Source: Syntrophales bacterium
GTDB lineage: Bacteria > Desulfobacterota > Syntrophia > Syntrophales > UBA2210
Assembly (NCBI GenBank): GCA_963662405.2
Contig: CAXXKT010000001.1
Coordinates: forward strand, 64,001-128,000
Length of the DNA: 64,000 nucleotides
Direction of reading: 5' to 3'
The notes beneath the pieces are model-generated. The model was not told the origin of the DNA. It worked only from the letters and a program-made list of their open reading frames with translations, and ran no database searches. Below are positions 59,452 to 64,000 of the stretch, one piece after another. The position numbers were made by a program, and so were the translations under genes. Position 1 is the first letter of the stretch. Each line of letters opens with the position of its first letter.

Positions 59452-59502
59452 CAAACGGATGGAGCCGACTCCTTACAGTCGCGGCTTATCCACTCGTTAC
59501 CA
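59446..59502 (+). other. attC-like recombination site (57 bp)
   Basis: GGCTAAC-AAAC-GGATGGAGCCGACT-CCTTAC-AGTCGCGGCTTATCC-ACTC-GTTACCA imperfect palindrome; gene stop TAA lies inside the inverse core. Confidence 0.7.
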
Positions 59503-59798
59503 ATTGTAGTCTACGATGAACAGGCCGATTCAAGTTTTGTTTGTTTCAGGAAGAAAATTTCAGCATAAATCAATTGATTCGGAATATAGTGTATTTGCCA
59601 ACTTCCGGTTAGGCTCCCTACCGCCCGTAGACGGGCACCCTGTTTCATCCCTCCGTTACCGGATTTGTTGTCTTGAGTGACTTATCCCCTCTTCCGGTGA
59701 GAGATTAGCACACCGCCCTTTCGGGTATTCAATTTTCAACGATCAAATACGTCCACCTATACAAACATACCAACCTCAAAAAAACATGCCTTGGGGAA

Positions 59799-59831
59799 CC
59801 CCTGAGAGTACCTTGAGAGACCCCTGAGACT
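59799..59831. repeat. Three tandem 11-bp direct repeats
   Basis: CCCCTGAGAGT ACCTTGAGAGA CCCCTGAGACT. Confidence 0.75.
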
Positions 59832-59835
59832 ATAT

Positions 59836-60060
59836 TCAGTTGTCGGACTCTTGACCCCTTTGATACCTTCCCCAAAGGTACGCAATCACATCACCCTCAA
59901 AGAAATATCTCCGGCCTGATTTTTCGACATACTTCAGGCCCCCACGTATCCAGTTTGACAACTGTCTGCTACGCCCGGACCCGGTAACGGGTAAGTCTAA
60001 CCTCACGGCCAGGTCTTTTTCGCTCCAAACTTCGTTTATTGTCTTTGGCATCTCTGTCAT
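59836..60060 (-). CDS. Small winged-HTH protein (Xis/MerR/Nu1-like)
   Basis: SEKDLAVRL...RQLSNWIRGGLKYVEKSGRRYFFEGDVIAYL; GGAGG RBS. Confidence 0.65.
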   Translation of the reverse strand: MTEMPKTINEVWSEKDLAVRLDLPVTGSGRSRQLSNWIRGGLKYVEKSGRRYFFEGDVIAYLWGRYQRGQESDN

Positions 60061-60289
60061 TAGTGTTCACCTCCATCATGAAAGATTGAATTGCTCTCGC
60101 TTTGTCCTGGTATCCCTTCTCAATGGCCAGGGCATATGCCTTTTGAAGATTCTCCTGTGATTCGTTCAAAAGTAACTGGACACAGGAAGCGCAGATATAA
60201 GCCCCCGCCGTTTCCTCTACTTTTTCAACATCTCTTTCAGTGTTGCAAAGACTACAAATCATGGTTCTCCTTTTTTCCCCATTTTTCAC
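59969..60289 (-). CDS. Hypothetical protein with two CxxC motifs
   Basis: CSLC...CASC; overlaps the next gene start. Confidence 0.55.
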   Translation of the reverse strand: MKNGEKRRTMICSLCNTERDVEKVEETAGAYICASCVQLLLNESQENLQKAYALAIEKGYQDKARAIQSFMMEVNTNDRDAKDNKRSLERKRPGREVRLTRYRVRA

Positions 60290-61002
60290 CCCACCACGAT
60301 GACTTTTTCGGGATCACTACCCGAGGGGAAGAGTTTTCTGAAATCACTACGCGAGTGAAAAGTTTTAATTTGCGATTTTGCGCGCCGAGGAACCAACCCG
60401 GTTTATCTTTAAGCCCCTGTAGAGATATAAGGACCCCCTCTATTTTTGAGTTCCGGTGTTACGGGAATATAGACTTATCAATACTCTCCCCGGCTCCGGC
60501 TCCCCTCTCCCCCCCCTTATTGTGCGATTTGATGCGATTCATAATATCCTGTGGCGTTCCATATACGGTGCGCTGTGCTGCAATACGTTCCTCTTGCTTC
60601 CTGTAGCGTGTGTGTCGCTCATATACCCCTTTATCATGGTGCCCTGGGGTTCTATTGCTGGTGCGTCTTTGTGCGTCTTTCTGCGGCTATGTGTCGCGTG
60701 CATAAAAATTGACGGTGCGTGACAGAGGTAGGTCACTCTCTCTATCAAATTCACCTTCACCCCCCCTTTGACGACTGTGGGGGGTAGGGGCATTCCATCT
60801 TGTATTTTCATGTTTTTGTATCGCTGCCTTCATCCCCTCTGGTCTCTCCCCTCTATGGTGTGCCTTGTCATTGCAGGACCTTTTCCGTCACAATTGAGTA
60901 GCTTTGCGTCATCGTTTTCGGACACGATAAAAAGAGTTTCCCGCCACGATACCGCGCGCGTACTATTTTCAATGTCAGGTTTTCTTAGGTTCTCGTAATC
61001 CA

Positions 61003-61245
61003 TCAATCAATCACCCGCTTGTTTTCTTCGATGAATCTTTCAATGTCCTGGGTGTCTATGTACTGTTTCCGTCCGCCGGGGAATTGAACAACCGGGATTA
61101 GCCCTTGCCATATCCTTTCCCTCATTGCCCAGGTGGTTAGCCCAAGGCATTCCGCCGCCTGTTTTAACGGTAAGAGACGGGGGGACTGTGGATTTGAAAT
61201 CCCCTGTTCCGGTTTCTTCTCTATTATTCCGCTACGTTCCGCCAT
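61003..61245 (-). CDS. Excisionase-like HTH protein
   Basis: RLLPLKQAAECLGLTTWAMRERIWQGLIPVVQFPGGRKQYIDTQDIERFIEEN. Confidence 0.8.
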   Translation of the reverse strand: MAERSGIIEKKPEQGISNPQSPRLLPLKQAAECLGLTTWAMRERIWQGLIPVVQFPGGRKQYIDTQDIERFIEENKRVID

Positions 61246-61404
61246 GCTGTGCCCCCTTTGTGCCCGTGATTTGCCCTTTAATTCTGTTCATTCGTTATTT
61301 GTCGGAGATACTTTTCCGTCTCCTTCAATCTCATCATTGAGCACTCTTCTTGCCCAATTCATGACAACCCCCGCATACCCCTCTTACTGACATAGTTATA
61401 AACT

Positions 61405-61594
61405 CTTCGTGTTTCCGAAACCCGAGCGCACAAAAATATTGAAACAGGCATTTTCTCGTTTACCGCGTTGTTATGATTAGCAAAGCAGTCTCTTTTTCGT
61501 CTTTGTTGCTTCTTCATGTTTCCGAAACCCTACCCCTCTGCAACCTGTTTCATACCTTCGTGTTTCCGAAGTGACTCGCTTCGGGTTTCCGAAG
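61405..61594. repeat. Four iteron-like 16-bp direct repeats CTTCRKGTTTCCGAAR
   Basis: Copies at about 61405, 61512, 61556 and 61579. Confidence 0.75.
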
Positions 61595-62061
61595 TTACTT
61601 TTATTTTGTGCATGTGGCTTTTCACGTCATGTCCACGTGGGAGAGACCGCTTCTTTTCGACTTTTTTAAATTTCTCTGTTCCGTAATCTCTCCATCGTTC
61701 CGATATTGCATACATGGAATAATCATGGCCAAAGGTCCCTCCCTGGTGCTCGATCTCCACGAAGCCAACCTCAACAAGTTTCTTGATTGCCTCGTAAAAG
61801 GCTGTGGTCTTGATACCGAGCGCAGCCGCTTCAGCATAAGGAAATACGATATTATGGTTCTCATAGATTCTTTTTGAGCGTCCCCCTTGCTTGATGTTTG
61901 ACCAAGTCCTTTTTTGCAGTAACCTCAGCAAAACCCGGATAGCGGAAGCATTCAATTCCTTAAATGCCTGAGAAGCTAAGATTTCCCATTGGTCTTCCCC
62001 CGATTTAGTGGACATACCGAAGAGTTTCTCTTATAGACATAGAGTAACGAGGAGGCATGTC

Positions 62062-62364
62062 ATGGTTAATGGGAAGGATAAGCGGTATTTTGATCGGGAG
62101 TTTAAGTATGAGGCGATTCGGTTAATGGATGAAGGTAAACGTTCTGTAAGTGATCTAGCTAAGGATTTGAATGTTCATAAAAACCTGCTTCATCAGTGGA
62201 GGCGTAAATATCGGGCGGACATGGAGCAAGCTTTTCCCGGGAAAGGTCATTTGAAGGCACCTGAGGAGGAACTTCGTCGGTTGCGGCGGGAGAATGAGAG
62301 CTTAAGGGAGGAGAGGGAAATCTTAAAAAAAGCGTTGGCCATCTTCTCGAAACACCCAAAGTAA
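62062..62364 (+). CDS. IS3 OrfA
   Basis: FDREFKYEAIRL HTH; ELRRLRRENESLREEREILKKA zipper. Confidence 0.9.
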   Translation: MVNGKDKRYFDREFKYEAIRLMDEGKRSVSDLAKDLNVHKNLLHQWRRKYRADMEQAFPGKGHLKAPEEELRRLRRENESLREEREILKKALAIFSKHPK

Positions 62365-63224
62365 AGTATGAGTTCATGGAAAATCACCGTTCCGAATTTT
62401 CGGTGAAGAAGATGTGCCGAGTGCTGGGGGTATCCAGGAGCGGTTATTACATATGGGGGAAACACAGCAAGAGTGACCGCCAGAGAGAGAATGAGCGGTT
62501 GCTGATGTATATTCGGGACGCTTTCATAAAGGGTCGCGGCACATATGGTAGCCCGAGGGTGACAGCGGAACTTCAGGCCCACGGGATTAAGTGTAGCAGG
62601 AAACGAGTGGCTCACCTGATGAAGAGTCATGGGATTAAGGCAAAGACGAAACGCAGGTTCAAGGCCACCAAAAAATCCAAGCATGAGTTTTTAGTGGCGG
62701 ATAATCTTTTAAATCGGAGATTTTCGACAGATGTGGCCAACAAGGTGTGGGTTTCTGATATTACCCTTATTTGGACGAGAGAGGGTTGGCTTTATCTGGC
62801 AGCGATCCTGGATGTTTTCAATCGTAAGATTATTGGATGGTCGATGGATAACAGATTGAGTCATAAGATTCTTGCAGATGCCTTGCACAAGGCGATCAGG
62901 CAGCGGCGACCCAAAGCTGGTGTTATGTTTCATTCAGATCGTGGAACTCAATATACCAGCTATGCTTTTCAGGGGCTGATGGAGAAATATGGTTTTATTC
63001 AGAGCATGAACTCTTCGGGGAATTGTTACGACAATGCTCTTATGGAATCGTTTTTCCATACCTTAAAGACGGAGCTTGTTTATTTTGAGAAGTATCAGAC
63101 AAGACAGGAAGCTCGCGGGAGCATATTCGAATATATCGAAGTTTTCTATAATTGCGTTAGAAGACATTCATCATTGAATTATTGCTCTCCCGCTGAGTTT
63201 GAACGAAAAGCGTGTGTAACTTAG
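62325..63224 (+). CDS. IS3 OrfB DDE transposase (joined to OrfA by -1 frameshift at A7G, 62325-62332)
   Basis: WVSDIT, HSDRGTQY, DNALMESFF; the -1 frame is open from the slippery site. Confidence 0.9.
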   Translation, partial: KKSVGHLLETPKVKYEFMENHRSEFSVKKMCRVLGVSRSGYYIWGKHSKSDRQRENERLLMYIRDAFIKGRGTYGSPRVTAELQAHGIKCSRKRVAHLMKSHGIKAKTKRRFKATKKSKHEFLVADNLLNRRFSTDVANKVWVSDITLIWTREGWLYLAAILDVFNRKIIGWSMDNRLSHKILADALHKAIRQRRPKAGVMFHSDRGTQYTSYAFQGLMEKYGFIQSMNSSGNCYDNALMESFFHTLKTELVYFEKYQTRQEARGSIFEYIEVFYNCVRRHSSLNYCSPAEFERKACVT

Positions 63225-63595
63225 TGGGGTGTCCACTTTTTCGGGGCAAGATCACATGATATGTATACGTTACGTCTAAGCTGGTATTTGTGTTGTTTCC
63301 CTCTCATTAAGCGCCTCCTGGAGCGCGTACCCTGGTTATATGATTCCGGGGAAGGTGGAGGCCAGGACTCCCCACTCTTCGGATACAATCCTATCCCCGG
63401 AAAGCGTTATTTGTTGTAGCTGTGCCATGTGTGTTCTTTTCATTAGACCCCTTTTTGTTTACCTCCCTGCCTCATTTAATCGCAGGTGGGAACATCAAAA
63501 ATAAAAAAGCCATGAATGACCCGGTTTAAGGGCCTCTCATGGCTTGCTTGCTTTGCAAGTTTTTGTTGCTTGCTTTTAGGCTGGCTTGCCTTTAT

Positions 63596-63772
63596 CTATA
63601 TATTTAAAGCCAATTTATCACTCTGGGTTTTAACAAGACGGTATTTTTTTATTTCAATATTTCCGTCCTTGATAATTAAATCCCGTGGGAACTTCCCTTT
63701 ACGATCCACAATGATTTGTTCTTGGTTAATAGATTCAATTGTTTTTATACGTGTGACGTCCCCTTCCTTCAT
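63596..63772 (-). CDS. Small hypothetical protein (58 aa, not in ORF track)
   Basis: MKEGDVTRIKTIESINQEQIIVDRKGKFPRDLIIKDGNIEIKKYRLVKTQSDKLALNI; GGGAG upstream. Confidence 0.4.
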   Translation of the reverse strand: MKEGDVTRIKTIESINQEQIIVDRKGKFPRDLIIKDGNIEIKKYRLVKTQSDKLALNI

Positions 63773-64000
63773 TCTGTGGTCTCCCTTTCGCTAATATTAT
63801 TTATGTGAATCATTCTTGCGACTCTTTTAATTAATGACTTTGAGCACATAACCACCTTTGGCATCATAAAGCCGTTTCTGTATAATTTCTTTTGAGGGGG
63901 TATTGGCGCCGTCAAGAAAGCTTTTCTCTTTTTTCTTGACTTAGGGGCGACAGGAGATTTACATTAGGATCACAACTTGACGATATAAATCTATCGTCGC

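Larger units (their letters stand above)
58192..59496 (+). mobile_element. Putative integron gene cassette (single attC, no IntI in window)
   Basis: Starts G|TTAGCC (58191), ends GGCTAAC...G|TTACCA; excision would regenerate a complementary GGCTAAC/GTTAGCC pair. Confidence 0.7.
61990..63254 (+). mobile_element. IS3-family insertion sequence, 1265 bp, 3-bp CAT target duplication
   Basis: IRL TGGTCTTCCCCCGATTTAGTGGACA / IRR TGTCCACTTTTTCGGGGCAAGATCA (20/25 match); CAT on both flanks. Confidence 0.93.
61530..63307 (-). pseudogene. wHTH (replication-initiator-like) gene interrupted by the IS3 element
   Basis: Removing the IS and one CAT restores MRGKQHKYQLRRNVYIS-WEILASQAFKELNASAIRVLL... in frame; AGGAGG before ATG 63307. 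Confidence 0.75.
55268..64000. mobile_element. Integrated element (prophage/satellite-like island) at tRNA-Arg; right end not in window
   Basis: Integrase 14 bp from the tRNA 3' end, visibly AT-richer DNA, small HTH genes, IS, cargo genes. Confidence 0.85.

Noticed and set aside
60380..60520. Possible cos/pac packaging site in C-rich DNA
   Set aside because: No match to a cos sequence that can be named, and no terminase large subunit or capsid genes in the window.

Overview
Chromosomal segment most consistent with an anaerobic Deltaproteobacterium (Syntrophales-like; inferred from gene content, not from a search). 1-23.1 kb (-): lysS-lolC/E-lolD-bamA-skp-lpxD-lpxA-lpxB-lpxK-acyltransferase-waaF-gmhB-heptosyltransferase, a frameshifted PagL-like gene, Trm112, msbA, an MBL hydrolase, an O-antigen ligase and glycosyltransferases. 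23.5-33 kb (+): rfaE1-DUF4416-yicC-gmk-rpoZ-pyrF-rlmB-pilC, tRNA-Pro(CGG), DUF1178, and a cysteine synthase fused to a divergent cysteinyl-tRNA synthetase. 33-50 kb: a selenocysteine Fdh-N-type formate dehydrogenase operon with a Moco/Tuco-riboswitch-like leader, divergent from a group 1 [NiFe]-hydrogenase plus hyp operon. 50-55 kb: nikR, a Btu/Fec-type ABC importer with an FmdE-like gene, and metF; three copies of a candidate NikR box link nikR, the importer and the hydrogenase. From tRNA-Arg(CCG) (55.2 kb) to the window end: an AT-richer integrated element with a tyrosine integrase, an RHH regulator, a secreted nuclease, an apparent lone integron cassette (complementary GTTAGCC/GGCTAAC ends, 57-bp attC) encoding a repeat-containing HD-GYP protein, small HTH genes, iteron-like repeats and a replication-type gene interrupted by an IS3 element. 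The most promising items are the cysteine synthase-CysRS fusion, the NikR-boxed ABC/FmdE system and the orphan integron cassette.
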